NCBI GenBank assembly: GCA_030390025.1
Contig: JASTWF010000155.1
Coordinates: 434,001 to 498,000, forward strand
Direction of reading: 5' to 3'
From: Squalus acanthias
Lineage: Eukaryota
Length of the DNA stretch: 64,000 bases
Every line of letters begins with the position of its first letter. The stretch's first letter is position 1. The position numbers and the translations under genes were made by a program. The notes under the pieces were generated by a model that was given only the letters and a program-made list of their open reading frames with translations, had not been told where the DNA came from and searched no databases. This document shows, piece by piece, positions 33,685-47,729 of the stretch.

Positions 33685-36600
33685 ACGATAGCAAAATACT
33701 GCGGATGCTGGAAATCTGAAATAACAACAGAAAACGCTGGAAAAACTCAGCAGGCCAGGCAACATCCGTGGAGAGAGAAAGAGAGTTAACGTTTCAGGTC
33801 GATGACCTTTCGTCAGAACTGTGAAGAGCCGGAAATCAAATAGATTTAAGGCCAGAGTAAAGCTGGGAAAAGGGGGAGGGGATAAAAGAACAAAGGGGGA
33901 GATGAAGAGACATTAAGAGACATTAAGAGATATGCAAGGCTAGAGGTGGTGTTAATGTGACAGATTAAGGCTGAAAGAAGTGTGAAATCCACTGGCAGAA
34001 TGAAGGACAGCTGCCAACTTCTAGGAGGAAAAAAAGGGTGGGGGGGGGGGCAAATAAAAGGGTGGAAAAAATAAAATATAAATGTGATTGGAGCTGAGGT
34101 TATGATCTAAAATTGTTGAACTCGATATTGAGTCCAGAGGGCTGTAGCGTGCCTAAACGAAAGATGAGGTGCTGTTCCTCGAGCTTACGCTGCGCTTCCG
34201 TGGAACAGTGTAATAGGCCGAGGACGGTGAGGTCAGAGTGGGAGTGAAGCGGTGAATTAAAGTGACAGGCCACCGGGAGCTCGGGGTCCCCCTTACGGAC
34301 TGAACGGAGGTGTTCCGCAAAGCGGTCACCCAATCTGCGTTTGGTCTCCCCAATGTAGAGGAGACCACATCGTGAGCAGCGAATACAGTATACTAAATTG
34401 CAGGAAGTACAAGTAAATCGCTGTTTCACCTGGAAGGGGTGTTTGGGGCCCTGGACAGTGGGAAGAGGGGAGGTGTAAGGGCATGTGTTGCATCTCCTGC
34501 GCGTGCACGGGAAGGTGCCGGGCGAAGGGGAAGGGGTGCTGGGGGTGGTAGAGGAGTGGACTACGGTGTCGCGGAGGGAGCGGTCCCTGCGGAATGCTGA
34601 AAGGGGAGGTGAGGGGAAGATGTGTTTGGTGGTGGGATCACGCTGGAGGTGGCGGAAATGGTGGAGGATGATCCGTTGAATGTGGAGGCTGGTGGGGTGA
34701 AAGGTGAGGACAAGGGGAACCCTATCGTGGTTCCGGGAGGGAGGGGCAGGGGTGAGGGCAGAAGTGCGGGAGATAGAACGGACACGGTCGAGGGCCGTGT
34801 CGACCACGGTAGAGGGGAATCCTCGGTTGAGGAAAAAGGAAGACATGTCGGAAGCACTGGTATGGAAGGTGGCATCATCAGAGCAGATGCGGCGGAGACG
34901 GAGAAACTGGGAGAATGGAATAGAGTCCTTACAGGAGGCGGGGTGGGAGGAAGTGTAGTCCAGGTAGCTGTGGGAGTCAGTGGGCTTGTAGTGAATGTTA
35001 GTCAATAACCTATCCCCAGCGATGGAGATGGAGAAGTCGAGGAAGGGAAGGGAAGAGTCGGAGATGGACCATCTGAAGGTGAGGGAAGGGTGGAAATTGG
35101 AAGCATAGTGAATGAAATGTTCTAGTTCAGGGCGAGAGCAGGAGACGGCACCGATACAGTCATCAATGTACCGGAAAAAGAGGTGAGGGAGGGGACCCGA
35201 GTAGGACTGGAACAAAGAGTGTTCCACATATCCCACGAAAGGGCAGGCATAGCTAGGACCCATGCGGGTACCCATAGCAACACCTTTAATTTGGAGGAAA
35301 TGGGTAGAGTCAAAGGAGAAGTTGTTCAATGTGAGAACAAGTTCAGCCAGGCGGAGGAGGGTGGTGGTGGATTGGGACTGGTTGGGCCTCTGTTCAAGGA
35401 AGAAGCGGAGCGCCCTCAGGCCATCCTGGTGGGGAATGGAGGTGTAGAGGGATTGTACGTCCATAGTGAAGAGGAAACGGTTGGGGCCGGGAAACTGGAA
35501 ACTGTTAAAATGGCGGAGGGCATCGGAAGAGTCGCGGATGTAGGTGGGAAGAGACTGGACAAGGGGAGAAAAAATAGAGTCGAGATAGGAAGAGATAATT
35601 TCCGTGGGGCAAGAACAGGCTGAAACGATGGGTCTACCGGGGCAGTCCTGTTTGTGGATCTTGGGAAGGAGGTAGAAGCGGGCTGTGCGCGGTTGGGGAA
35701 CTATGAGGTTGGCGGCCGTGGGGGGAAGATCTCCAGAGGAGATGAGGTCAGTGACGGTCTTGGACACGGTGGCTTGATGTTCAGTAGTGGGGTCATGGTC
35801 CAGCTGGAGGTAGGAGGAGGTGTCAGAGAGTTGGCGTTCAACTTCCGCTAGGTAGAGGTCGGTTCACCAAACAACAACAGCGCCACCCTTGTCAGCAGGT
35901 TTAATGACAGTGTCAGGGTTGGATCGGAGAGAATGGAGTGCTGCAAGTTCAGAGGGAGGTAGGTTGGAGTGAGTGAGGGGAGCAGAGAAATTGAGCTGGC
36001 CGATGTCACGGCGGCAGTTAGCAATGAAAAGATCTAGAGAGGATAAGAGGCCAGAGGGAGGGGTCCAGGTGGAACGAGAATTCTGAAAGTGGGAGAAAGG
36101 GTCAGCCGTGCGGGGGGAAGACTCCTGGCCAGAGAAGTGGGCACGGAGACGGAGGCGGCGGAAAAAGAGCTCAGCATCGTGCCGAGCTCGAAATTCATTG
36201 AGATGGGGGCGTAAGGGGATGAAGGTCAGGCCTTTGCTGAGGACTGATCGTTCGGAGTCAGAGAGGGGAAGGTCAGAGGGGATAGTGAAAACGCGGCAGG
36301 GGGTGAGATTGGGAGAAGGGGGGTCAGAGGAAAGTGAAGGGGAAGAAGGTTCCGGAGGGGCGTTAGTGTCCGAGAGTTGTTGAAGCTTGCGATCCTTGAC
36401 ATCGGAAAGGAAGAAGAAAAGTTTTTTGTTGAAGCGTCGGATGAGTCTAAGGATGAAATGGAACTGTGGACCCGGACAGCTTTGAGATAGAGTGCGTCGG
36501 TGCTGCTGAAGAGAGAGGTCGAGAGTGTTCATGTGGCGCTGCATGGCGTTGAGCGTGGATCTCAAGATGCGGCGAGAGCAGTAGTTCGAGGAACGATGAA

Positions 36601-37074
36601 TATCTTGGAGATATTTGTAATCCTGGGTTGATCCGAAACACGAAGGGTGGAAGTTTAGTTGGAATCCACGTGGGATAAGTCGGAAACGGAGACAGTTGCT
36701 GAGGAAAGTAATGTGGCTGTGAAACCGAGTCTTGGAAGATACCTGATCAAACACGAGAAGGGAAACTGAAATCAATGAAGATGAACAAGGTTGAAGAGCC
36801 AAACGGAAATCCCGTCGAAGAGAAGAGCAGAACTTCTTCAAGGTAGGCATTCCTAGAAGAGAGGTGGCAGTGAACCAAACACTAATACGATAGCAAAATC
36901 CTGCGGATGCTGGAAATCTGAAATAACAACAGAAAACGCTGGAAAAACTCAGCAGGCCAGGCAGCATCCGTGGAGAGAGAAAGAGAGTTAACGTTTCAGG
37001 TCGATGACCTTTCGTCAGAACTGTGAAGAGCCGGAAATCAAATAGATTTAAGGCCAGAGTAAAGCTGGGAAAAA
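33685..37074 (-). mobile_element. Full-length Penelope-like element with direct pLTRs (33685-33872, 36887-37074)
   Basis: Single ~915-codon frame from ATG 36850 to 34100 (ADKGG, LPKIHK, MDVQSLYTSIPH, RYIDD, NLVYCIRC..YIGET) broken by one in-frame TGA at 35864-35866. Confidence 0.93.
33782..33820 (-). ncRNA. Minimal hammerhead ribozyme in pLTR (identical copy at ~36984-37022)
   Basis: AGTT-CTGACGA-AAGGTC ATC GACCT-GAAAC GTT-AACT: conserved core, stem II, palindromic AACGTT, flanking AGTT/AACT stem I. Confidence 0.8.
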
Positions 37075-39489
37075 TGTGTTTTGTGACACTTAGATCCTGC
37101 TTTTGTCCTTTTTATTATTTTACCTTTTACTCCATACCTTCTGCCCCTTCCTGACACACTCTGGTTTTTAATTTCCCCACTGCTACCTAAGTCTATGACC
37201 TTCTCTGTTCTCATTTATGTTATTTGCTCTCTAGGAACCTCCCCCCCACTAGTTAGTTTAAAGCCCTTTCAACAGCCCTAGTTATATGATCCGCCAGGAC
37301 TCTAGTCCCAGCACTGGCCAAGTGAAGCCCGTCCCAACGGAACAGCTCCCTCCTGCCCCAGTACTGGTGCCAGTGTCCAAGGAAGCAAAACCCATTTCTC
37401 CCACACCAGTCTTTGAGCCACTCATTTAACTCTCTAATTTTATTTGTCCTAGCCAAATTCGCTCGTGGTTCAGGTAATAATCCAGTGATTATTACCCTTG
37501 AGGTTCTGTTTTTTAATTTGACCCCTAGCTGCTCATACTCCTTTAACCAGAACCGGCTTCCTTGTCCTATCTACGTCGTTTGTAGCAGCATGGACCACGA
37601 CAACTGGATCCACCCCCTCCCACTGCAAGTTTCTTTCCAGCCCAGAGGAGATGTCCTTAACCCTGGCACCGGGCAGGCAACACAGCCTACGGGACTCTCG
37701 CTCACGGCTGCAGAGATCTCTATCTGTCCCCCTAATAATACTATCCCCTACCACTACAACATTTCTATTTACTCCCCCCTCTTGAATGGCCCCCCGTTCC
37801 ACGGTGCTGTGGCTAGGTTGCTCATCCTCCCTGCGGTCCCTGCTCCTGTCCCCACAGGGAGTAAGAACCTCGAACCTGTTGGACAGAAGCAAGGTCTGCG
37901 TCTCCTCCAACACTACCTCCTCGATCCCCGTACCTGCCTCACTCGTAGTCACACCGTCCTGTCCCTGACCATGGGCTACATCTGAATTAATTAACTTCAT
38001 AGGTGTGACCACCTCCTGAAACACAGAGTCCAGGTACTTCTCCCCCTCCCTGATGTGTCGCAGTGTCTGAAGCTCAGATTCCAGCTCATCAACACGGAGC
38101 TGGAGTTCCTGTAGCAGCAGACACTTGTCACAGATGTATTCACAGTGAGCCTCAATGGGGTCCACCGTCTCCCACATCTCGCAACAGTAACCCATCACCT
38201 GCTCCATTCTATGTAATTAATTAATTTTTTTATTGTTAGTTATGGACAGTCTCTGCCCGATTATAGATGCTAGTATCCCCTCTAATTAATTGGATTTAAA
38301 TTAAATCAATCCCTCTAAATTACACCAGTTAAATGGTTTACCAACAGTCACTCTGCACCATAAACGCCTTATTAACTACAACCCACAGAGTTAAAGTTTG
38401 AAAAGAGCACCCGACACCCCACTCACCCGAACTCACACTTACCCAAACTCAGCACTCTCTGCTGACTCGCACTAGCACTGGTCTTTTTTTACTGTTTGTT
38501 TGTTTACAACCAAATGAGTCACCCCAGCTGATTGATTAGAATACTGGTTTCCACTGTTTGCTGTGCCAATTTACTCCTACTGCAGTGTAACCTTATTTTA
38601 CTCTTCTTAAACCAACAGAATCCCAAATATTTAACTTTTCCCCTTCATTTAAACTGCTTATGTACTCTTATCAAGAATAATTTAAAGATAACTAACAATT
38701 AAAGAACTCTCACACTTAGCCAAACTCAACACTCTCTGCTGACTCGCCAACCTGACCAGTCCATTTATATCTTCCTGCAGTCTGCAGCTTTCTTCTTCAT
38801 TATCAACCGCACGGTCATTTTTGAATCATCTGCAAACTTCATAATTATACTTCGTACATTCAAGTCCAAATCATTCATGTATACCACAAAAAAGCAGAGG
38901 ACCCAGTACTGAGCCCTGTGGAACTCCACTGGAAACAGCTTTCTAGTCACACAAAAACCCTTCGTCCATTGCCCTTTGTTTCCTGCCTCTGAGCCAATTT
39001 TGGATCCAACTTTCCACTTTGCCTTGGATCCCATGGGCTTTTACTTTCGTGACCTGTCTGCCATGCGGGACCATATCAAACGCCTTGCTGAAACCATATA
39101 GACTACATCAAACACACTATCCTCATCGACCCTCCTTCTTGCCTCCCCCAAAAATTCAATAAAGTTAGTCAGACACGATCTTCCCTTGACAAATCCCTGA
39201 TTAATCCATATCTTTCTAAATTAAGGTTTATCCTGTCCCTCAGAATTTTTTGCAATAATTTTGCCACCACCGAGGTTAGGCTACCTGGAGGGTAATTACT
39301 CGTTCTAACCCTTTCTCCCTTTTTAAACGACGGTACCACGTTAGCAGTCCTCCAGTCCTCTGGCACCACACCTGTATCCAGAGAGGATTGGAAAATGATG
39401 GTCAGAGCCTCTGCTATTTACTTTCTTACTAAGGACAGAATTAGGCTGAACTGAGATGCTCTCTGGGTCTAACAATCTATGAGAGATCA

Positions 39490-39890
39490 AAAGCAAATAC
39501 TGCGGATGCTAGAAATCTTAAATAAAAACAGAAAATACTGGAAATACTCAGCAGGTCAGGCAGCATCTGTGGAGAGAGAAACAGAGTTAACGTTTCAGGT
39601 CGGTGTCCTTTCGTCATAACTCGATAAAGTTAGAGCAGGGGCAGAGAAGGGGGAGGAGATGAAAGAAGAAAATGGAAGATAGAAGGCAGGAGAGATTAAA
39701 AGACAAAAGAGATGATGGTGGAAGGCAAAAGGAGCTGGTAATGGAACAAGTAAAGAAACAAAAGGTGGGTCTAGAGGAGGTGCAAATGGCAACAGAAGAG
39801 TCATTACCAGTATCTGCTTTCTGAAAAAATGAAAGCAGTGGTTTTAACCTGAAATTGTTGAACTCGATCTTGAACCCAGAAGGTTGAAAA
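39490..39890 (-). mobile_element. Penelope 3' end/pLTR fragment
   Basis: pLTR homology plus ORF C-terminus GAAATTGTTGAACTCGAT (IEFNNF). Confidence 0.75.
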
Positions 39891-39914
39891 GAGATGTCTT
39901 TGCTGATGCTTTTT

Positions 39915-40175
39915 AATAGATAAATTACCAGAACACCAGGAGAACTGCCCCTCTATTTCTTGAATAGTACCACAGGATCTTTTACATCCACCTGAGAGAG
40001 AAGATGGGGTCTTGATTTAAGTTTCTTCTGGAAGGCGTCACCTCCGACAGTGGAGCACATCCTCAGTACTGCACTGGAGTGTCCGCCTCAATTATGTGCG
40101 CAAATCTCGAGAGTGAAAATAAAACCCGCAACTTCCGACTCAGAGGTGAGATTGTTACCACTGAGGCAAGGCTGA
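39915..40175 (-). mobile_element. Deu-domain tRNA-derived SINE fragment (related pieces at ~47370-47460 and 49310-49675)
   Basis: GGATCTTTTACATCCACCTGAGAG..CACCTCCGACAGTG..CAGTACTGCACTGGAGTGTC resembles the DeuSINE core (recognised from memory). Confidence 0.6.
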
Positions 40176-41832
40176 AACTGAATGTATACTTCATTGTCTC
40201 CTTTTACACTGTTTTCCCCAGGTTTCTCGTTCTCTTCCGAAAACGTTACAGCGGACGAGCGGGAGAACCTCCAAGAAAATTCACTTCAGTTGTTTTTAAC
40301 TGTTTTGAAAAATTGCCCATGACTTTAGCAAAAACGATAAGAATATATGTGATTTCGCATTTAGTGTAGAGCCATGGGCGCTGCACACCGCACTTCACAA
40401 TCCCGCTCCTCACAAGATGAAAAAATTGCACAGGGCTGGAACTGAGTCACCTCGAGACGCTTGGGATTGACTTTATCTATCAGGTGACACCTGAGTTCAG
40501 CGAAAACGCTCAGACCAGACGACAACATTATTGTCGAATGATCTGGAGCTGTGACAAGGGAGGAACGCTCGACTGGATGGATTGAAACAGGGTGTTAGTT
40601 GGAGATCCTGGTTGCGTGAAGCTTGGGGTTTTATGGAGTGGATGGGGACAGCAGGTTTGAAGGAGTAAGGTTTCTGCCTGCGGAAAGAGAATCATTGACA
40701 ATATCACCCAGCACCGGGAAAAGGGAGTGGAGCTGAGCGGTCGGGAATTCAATGCATTGGGATCTAGGAGCAGAAGGTGGGTCTGATGGAGGAAATGAAT
40801 GGGGAGGAGGCATGAGAGAGATATGCGGGAAACTGTGGAAAGACGGGGTCGGTGTGTACAGTTGGTAAGTGTGCGGGGAGGGGGGAGGCGGCAGACGGGT
40901 AGCTGGAGGTGGAAGGAAGGGTAGAACGCAATGAAGGCCGCTGCAAACATGCTCCCGATCTTGAAGATAAGGAAATTCATGAGGTGATTGAGACTTCTCG
41001 CGATGTAGTTGGTGATTTGAAAGAAGGCCGCCGACCATAGATCCCATATGAAAATTTTTCAATGACCCATTCCGTTTGACATTCCCGCACCTGTACTGTG
41101 TGAACGCAGGTTTTTTCTCCCCTTCTCTCCTGCTGGCGATGCCTCGTGCTCGGTCCGGGTCCGTGATCACCGGAGGAATCCCCGCCCCTCCCGCCACCCG
41201 TACCTCACCAACGTCGCTATTCTTCATGTATGGCGCTGGACTGCGAGGCCTGGAAATTCGTCTCGGGCGGTGGCGCAAAACGGGCGGTAACGAACCGTTC
41301 GCCTGTTGTACGCTGCGCCTGAAATTCAGAGCGGACAGACTATTCTACCAGTAGAGCGGGGAGTCACAGCTGAGAGTTATCCTTCCTCCATCCGTTGCTC
41401 ACATACGGGAACTTTCCAGCAGGCGGGCCCTGGATAACGATTGACAACATTAACTTTCAAGATTTTTCCTGCTAAATGACCAGGGCGAGTCTGACTATTT
41501 CTAACGGCCATTCTGTCGTCTCAACTGATATCCCTTAACTGAGCCTCTGCTAGAGATAGGGATCTTATTTTTAATTTACTCCTCTAACAAATAAGGTTCT
41601 TAAACTTTGAAAATTACATGTATTTATTCATTAAGCATACAGCGCATGCAATTATATTTAAACATACACTTTAAAGAGAGGACTTATAACCACACCTGAC
41701 AATTGTTGCTTGTGAAGTCGAACGTGTTACATGTTATCTCTGGTCATTGCGAATTCAAATCCTCATTACAAACAGCAAAGGATTGTGAGTCCAGCAACAA
41801 TAACTTCCATGTGAATGTGGCCCGAGTGGTTT

Positions 41833-42495
41833 TAAGAACATAGGAACATAAGAAATAGAAGCAGGAGTAGGTCAGACGGCCCCTCGTGCCTGCTCCGCCA
41901 TTCAATATGATCATGGCTGATCATCGACCTCAACTCCACTTTCCCACCCGATCTCCATATCCCTTGATTCCCCGGGAGTCCAAAAATCTATCTATCTCAG
42001 CCTTAAATATACTCAAAGACTCAGCATTCACAGCCCTCTGAGGCAGAGAATTCCAAAGATTCACAACCCTCTGAGTGAATAAATTCCTCCTCATCTTGGT
42101 CTTAAATGGCCTACCCCTTATCCTGGGACTATGCCCCCGTAGTTCTAGACACTTCAGCCAGAGGAAACAACCTCTCAGCATCTATCCTGTCAATCCCCTT
42201 CAGAATCTTGTATTTTTCAATGAGATCACCTCTCATTCTTCTAAACTCCAGAGAGTATAGGCACATTCTACACAATCTCTCATCATAGGACAGCCCTCTC
42301 ATCCCAGGAATCAATCTCGTGAACCTTCGTTGTACCGCCTCCAAGGCATTTATATCCTTCCTTAGATAAGGAGACCAAAACTGTGCACAGTACTCCAGGT
42401 GTGGTCTCACCAAGGCCCTGTACAATTGTAGCAAGACTTCCTTACTCCTATACTCCAACCCCCTTGCAATAAAGGCCAATATGCCATTTGCCTTT
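41833..42495 (-). mobile_element. CR1 LINE 3' fragment
   Basis: ORFs 41930-42479; near copy of 5373-6010. Confidence 0.88.
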
Positions 42496-43249
42496 TAAAC
42501 ATCAAGCTTTAATATAAATTGAATAATAGCAGTATTGTTCTTATACAACCGTTCTACAGTATCACATTAAATGACCAGTAATTAATACAACGTGTTTACC
42601 TCGCGGATTTCAAGATGCTCAAACTTGTATTTCATCTGTTACCGTCAACGCAATTGATTTCAGACTGTTCTGAGGGTTATAAATTTTGAAGGGAACAGGC
42701 TCTACCTTCATACTAATCGGCTACCTTGGGCTGCAAGTAGGCGTATTTGTTCTTATCTCCTAGTCATTATCTCCTAATCATTAATACCGCCCTCATGCTG
42801 ACTATGTGTTAAATGGCTTCAGAAGTGCCACATCCTGTTGTTCCGTCATCCTTTACCTCGGGTGTATAGCAATTTGTTTTTCTTAGGAGTGCGTAGGACA
42901 ACCTGGAACTATGTACAGGTCTCATTACGGCCTTGTGGGCCTCCATAGTTCTGATTGCCTTCGCATTCTTTCAATTGTACCAGTTGTTGTGATCTGTTGG
43001 TGACTTAGAAGCCGCTCTGCTTAGCTTGATGACTGATTCTATGGCTCAGCTCCTTTTGTTCCCAAGGAGATGATAAAGCTTCGCGTAGCACCGCCCTCTT
43101 TGCTAATAGCCCAAAGCTAGGCGAGACGGGATACCGGACCAGGAGCTAACAACTGCAACCGCCTTACATTGTTGTTATCAGTAGCTTTATTCTTGTTCCG
43201 TGGTATTGCTAATCCACCAAGTGTAACCTTTAAATATAAGAGTGTCTAT

Positions 43250-46215
43250 ATTTCTGTATCAGAAGAGTAACAGACTTCAGGAGGACAGAGACAGACTGGT
43301 GAAAGGGTCTTTTAGCGGGCAGGATACTGTTGAAGAGGCTATTAAAAATGCATACGGGATCCTTGGCTTTTTCAGTAAAGGCATACGGTACGAAAGCAAG
43401 GGAGTTCTGCTAAACCTTTATAAAACATTGGTTTTAAGCCCAGCTGGAGTATTGTAGTGAATTCTGGGCACCGGAAATTAGGAAGAATCTCAAGGCCTTA
43501 GAGAGGGTGCAGAAAATCCGAAACTAGGGTGCTAAATCTAAACAAAGGAAACTACGAAGTTATGAGGAGTGAGTTGGCTATGATAGATTGGGGAGCTTCA
43601 TTAAAAGGCATGACGGTGGATAAGCAATGGCTAACATTTAAGGAATGAATGCATGAATTGCAACAGTTATACATTCCTTTCTGGCGCAAAAACACAAAAG
43701 GAAAAGCGGCCCAACCATGGCTAACAAAAGAAATTAAGTATAGTATTAGATCCAAAGAGGAGTCATATAAAGTTGACATGAAAAAGTAACAAGCCTGAGG
43801 ATTGGGAGCAGTTTAGAATTCAGCAAAAATAGGACCAAGCGATTGATTAAGAGGGGAAAAATAGAGTGTGAGAGTAAACTTGCAAGGAACATAAAAGCGG
43901 ACTGTAATAGCTTCTACAAGTATGTAAAAAGAAAAAAAGATTAGTGAAAACAAATGTAGGTCCCTTACAGTCAGAAACAGGAGAATTTAGAATGGGGAAC
44001 AAGGAAATGGATGAGCAATTAAACAAATACTTTGCTCCTGTCTTCATGGAAGAGGACACAAATAACTTCCCAGAAATGCTAGGGAACCAAGGGTCTAGTG
44101 AGAAGGAGGATTTAAAGGAAATTATTATTCGTAAAAAAGTAGTGCTGGAGAAATTAATGGGACTGAAAGCCGATAAATCCCCAGGGCCTGATACTCTGCA
44201 TCCCAGCGTACTAAAGAGGTAACCATGGAAATAGTGGATGCATTGGTTATCATCTTCCAAATTCTATAGATTATGGAACAGTTCCTGCAGATTGGAGGGT
44301 GGCAAATGTAACCCCACTATTTAAAAAAGGAGGGAGAGAGAAAACGGAACTACAGACTGGTTAACCTAACATCAATAGTAGGGAAAATGCTAGAGTCTAT
44401 TATGAAGGATGTGCTAACAGGACACTTAGAAAATATCAACGGGATTAGACAAAGTCAACATGGATTTATGAAAGGGAAATCGTGTTTGAGAAACCTACTG
44501 GAGTTTTTTGAGGATGTAACTGGTAGAATAGATAAGGGAGAAACAGTGGATATGGTGTATTTGGATTTTCAGAAGGCCTTTGATAAAGTCTCGCATAAGA
44601 GGTTAGTGTGCAAAATTAAAGCACATAGGATTGGGGGTAATATACTAGCATGGATTGAAAATTGGTTAACAGACAGGAAACAGAGTGTAGGAATAACTGG
44701 GTCTTTTTCAGGGTGGCAAAGTGGTTACCAGTGGGGTACCGCAGGGATCAGTGCTTGGGCCCTAGCTATTCACAATATATATCAATGATTTCGATGAGGG
44801 AACCAAATTTAATATTTCCAAGTTTGCTGACGACACGAAACTAGGTGGCATTGTGAGTTGTGAGGAGGATGCAAAGAGGCTTCAAGGCGATTTAGACAAG
44901 TTGAGTGAGTGGGCAAATACATGGCAGATGCAGTATAACGTGGATAAATGTGAAGTTATCCACTTTGGGCGGAAAAACAGAAAGGTAGATTATTTTTTAA
45001 ATGGTGATAGTTTGGGAAATGTTGATGTACAAAGGGACCTGGGTGTCCTTGTACACCAGTCACTGAAAGCAAATATGCAGGTGTAGCAAGCAGTTAGGAA
45101 GGCAAATGGTATGTTGGCCTTCATTGCAAGAGAATTTGAGTACAGGAGCAAGGATGTCTTACTACAGTTATACAGGGCCTTGGTGAGACCACACCTGGAG
45201 TACTGTGTGCAGTTTTGATCTCCTGACCTAAGAAAGGTTATACTTGCATAGAGGGAGTGCAGCGAAGGTTCACCAGACTGATTTCTGGGATGGCACGACT
45301 GTCGTATGAGGAGAGATTGTGTCAATTAAGCCTCTATTCACGAGAGTTTAGAAGAATGAGAGGATATTTCATTGAAACGTATAAAATTCTAACATACTAG
45401 ACAGACTGGATGCTGGGAGGACGTTTCCCCTGGCTGGGGGGTCTAGAACGACGGGTCACAGTCTCAGGATACGGGGTAGGACATTTAGGACTGAGATGAG
45501 GAGAGATTTCTTTACTCAGAGGGTGGTGAACCTGTGGAATTCTCTGCCACAGAAGGCTGTGGAGGCCAAGTCACTGATTATATTTAAGAAGGAGACAGAT
45601 AGATTTCTGGACACAAAAGGCATCAAGGGGTATGGGGAGAGAGTGGGAATATGGTATTGAGATAGTGGATCAGCCATGATCATATTGAATGGCGGAGCAG
45701 GCTCGACGGGCCGAATGGCCTACTCCTGCTCCTATTTTTTCTAAAAGATTTACTAGAATGGTTCCATGGATGAAATAAATATGTTACTTGAAGAGACTAG
45801 AGTAACTGCGATTGGTCTCCTTAAAGAAGAGAAGGCTAAGGGGAGTTTTCATACAGGTGTTTAAAATCATGAATTATTTTGACAGACTCAATAAGGAAAA
45901 ACTTTTTTCCAGTGACTGAAGGGTCGCTAACCAGAGGACACAGATTTAATGTAATTGGCAACGGAACCAGAGGCGCCAGGAGGAACAATGATTTGTTTAG
46001 CGAGTTAGTCTGATCTGGAATGAACTGCCTGAAAGGTGAGTGGAAGTAGATTCAATCGTAACTACCAAATGGAAATTGGATAAATACTTGAAGGGAGAAC
46101 ATTCGCAGAGCTACGGGGCAAGAGCAGGCGGATGGGACTAATTGGAGAGCTCTTTCACAGGCACAATGGGCCGAATGGCCAGCTGCTGTGCTGTATCAAT
46201 CTACGATTCTATGAT
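43250..46215 (+). mobile_element. Nested CR1 fragments (younger 43516-45745 inside an older copy)
   Basis: ORF2 pieces KSPGPD, LDFQKAFD, WQMQYNVDKC; older copy resumes at ~45746. Confidence 0.8.
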
Positions 46216-47729
46216 TCGCACCAAGTAAAAAAATGAATAATGCCCAGAACTGTTCCTTTGCAGATGTAACCTTCTCCCACAATGGGGGGATTGTGTGTAA
46301 CTGGGCCAGTATGTGAGGCACAGTGTAAGAATATGGGCTTTTGAGGGTATTTTGCGGGATTAGGCATTGCAAGAGTTAAATGACCCTCGGCTTTTTTCTC
46401 TGACTAGCTGCTTTCTGCAGGAAACATACCGACTTGGATTTCCTGCTGACTGAAGTTTCTCGGTGCGTCACAAGTGGCCTCCTTTATTGTAGAAATACTG
46501 TTGTTATTTGTTTTTAATTCGTTTATGGGATGTGGGCGTCGCTGGCATGGCCAGCATTTATTGCCCATCCCTAGTTGCCTTTGAGAAGGTGGTGATGAGC
46601 CGCCTTCTTGAACCGCTACAGTCCGAGTGGTGAAGGTTCTCCTACAGTGCTGTTAGGGTGGGAGTTCCAGGATTTTGCATTAAAAGCAAGGGAAAAGGAC
46701 AGGGGAGGCTCAGAGCTGTCTCAGTTTTATCTCATCGGTTCACGTCTGTGGGAATGTGAAACTTATGTTAGCCATGGAATCATAACTAACTCTAAATCGT
46801 TTTCTACTAATTTTCAGTATTAAGCTTTGCTAGACCGTAGTTTAATATTAAGAGCGCCAGTTTGTAGTTTTTATTAAGTTAGTATAGTTTTATTAATGTA
46901 GCCTTCTTTCTCTTCTGTGGGGCTTAGCGGAAATCTTGTGACAAATCAGATTCTCATTGGAAGCCGTTGTCATCAAGGTTGCGTCAGCAACATGGAAACC
47001 AAGATCAGAAAATGCTTGTGCTAAGGAGATTATCGAGGCCCAAAGCCTGTGGCTGGAGGCAGAATTTCCCGGGCCCGTGATTGGGTAGAATGCAGGGTTA
47101 AGGAAGATACATGATTAGATGGATCTTTCTGTAGTTCAGGTTCTGGGGGTATATCCTAGTGGGTTTGAGTTATTCTCAGACTAGATGGGCCAGGAAGGGC
47201 ACTGACCCAGACAGGTGCAGGTGCTCCTGTGAGTAGAATGAACCAGGATTGGGCCACGCCTACTACCCAAAGGACAATAACGAGTAATATAATTCTGTAT
47301 CGCACTTTGTAAACTGCTGCTCCAATACTGGGTGTATTAAGTCTCACTAATGCTTAAACAAAGAAGGAAAGAAAGACTTGCATTTATAAAGCGCCTTGCA
47401 CGACTTTACAGCCAATGAAGTGCTTTTCTGAAGTGTAGCAAATGTTGTAATGTGGGAAAATCATAACTGTTACCAATATGGAGCCGGCTTCGAACCATTG
47501 AACAGACAGTTTAAAGGGGCTTCCATTTTCTATTACAACAGTTGCTACATGCTGCTATCAAGTATTCTACATTTCCTTTCCGAAGAACTTTAAAGGAAAA
47601 GCACCAGCAAGTTGCAATGTGACTCCACTGTTCAGCTCAAATTGTAGCTATTCGGCGCTTTCATTTCGAACTCGGGGGCGTCCAGTTTTGTCCAATCTAC
47701 TGCACCAAAAATCAGAGTCAAATCCACTG

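Larger units (their letters stand above)
30652..38750 (-). mobile_element. Near full-length CR1 LINE (ORF1 zinc-finger/SGNH esterase + ORF2 APE-RT), decayed, split by a Penelope element
   Basis: ORF1 37253-38207 (CCEMWE..ICDKC, VVVVGDSIIRGTD, WDGLHL); ORF2 pieces 33175-33680 (YLNARSI, TETWL), 32100-32870, 30886-32079 (GVPQGSVLGP, FSDD); ATAAGAAC tail. Confidence 0.9.
29831..39430 (-). mobile_element. CR1 LINE (host; pieces 29831-30650 and 38750-39430) split by a second CR1
   Basis: ORF2 fragments 29910-30638 and 38765-39369; sequence GCCACTGTTATG / CCAACCTGACCAG joins across the insertion. Confidence 0.8.

Noticed and set aside
40528-43240. ORFs of 150-215 aa and a possible retroviral relic at 42640-43240
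   Set aside because: Low-complexity or decayed repeat sequence with no diagnostic motifs.
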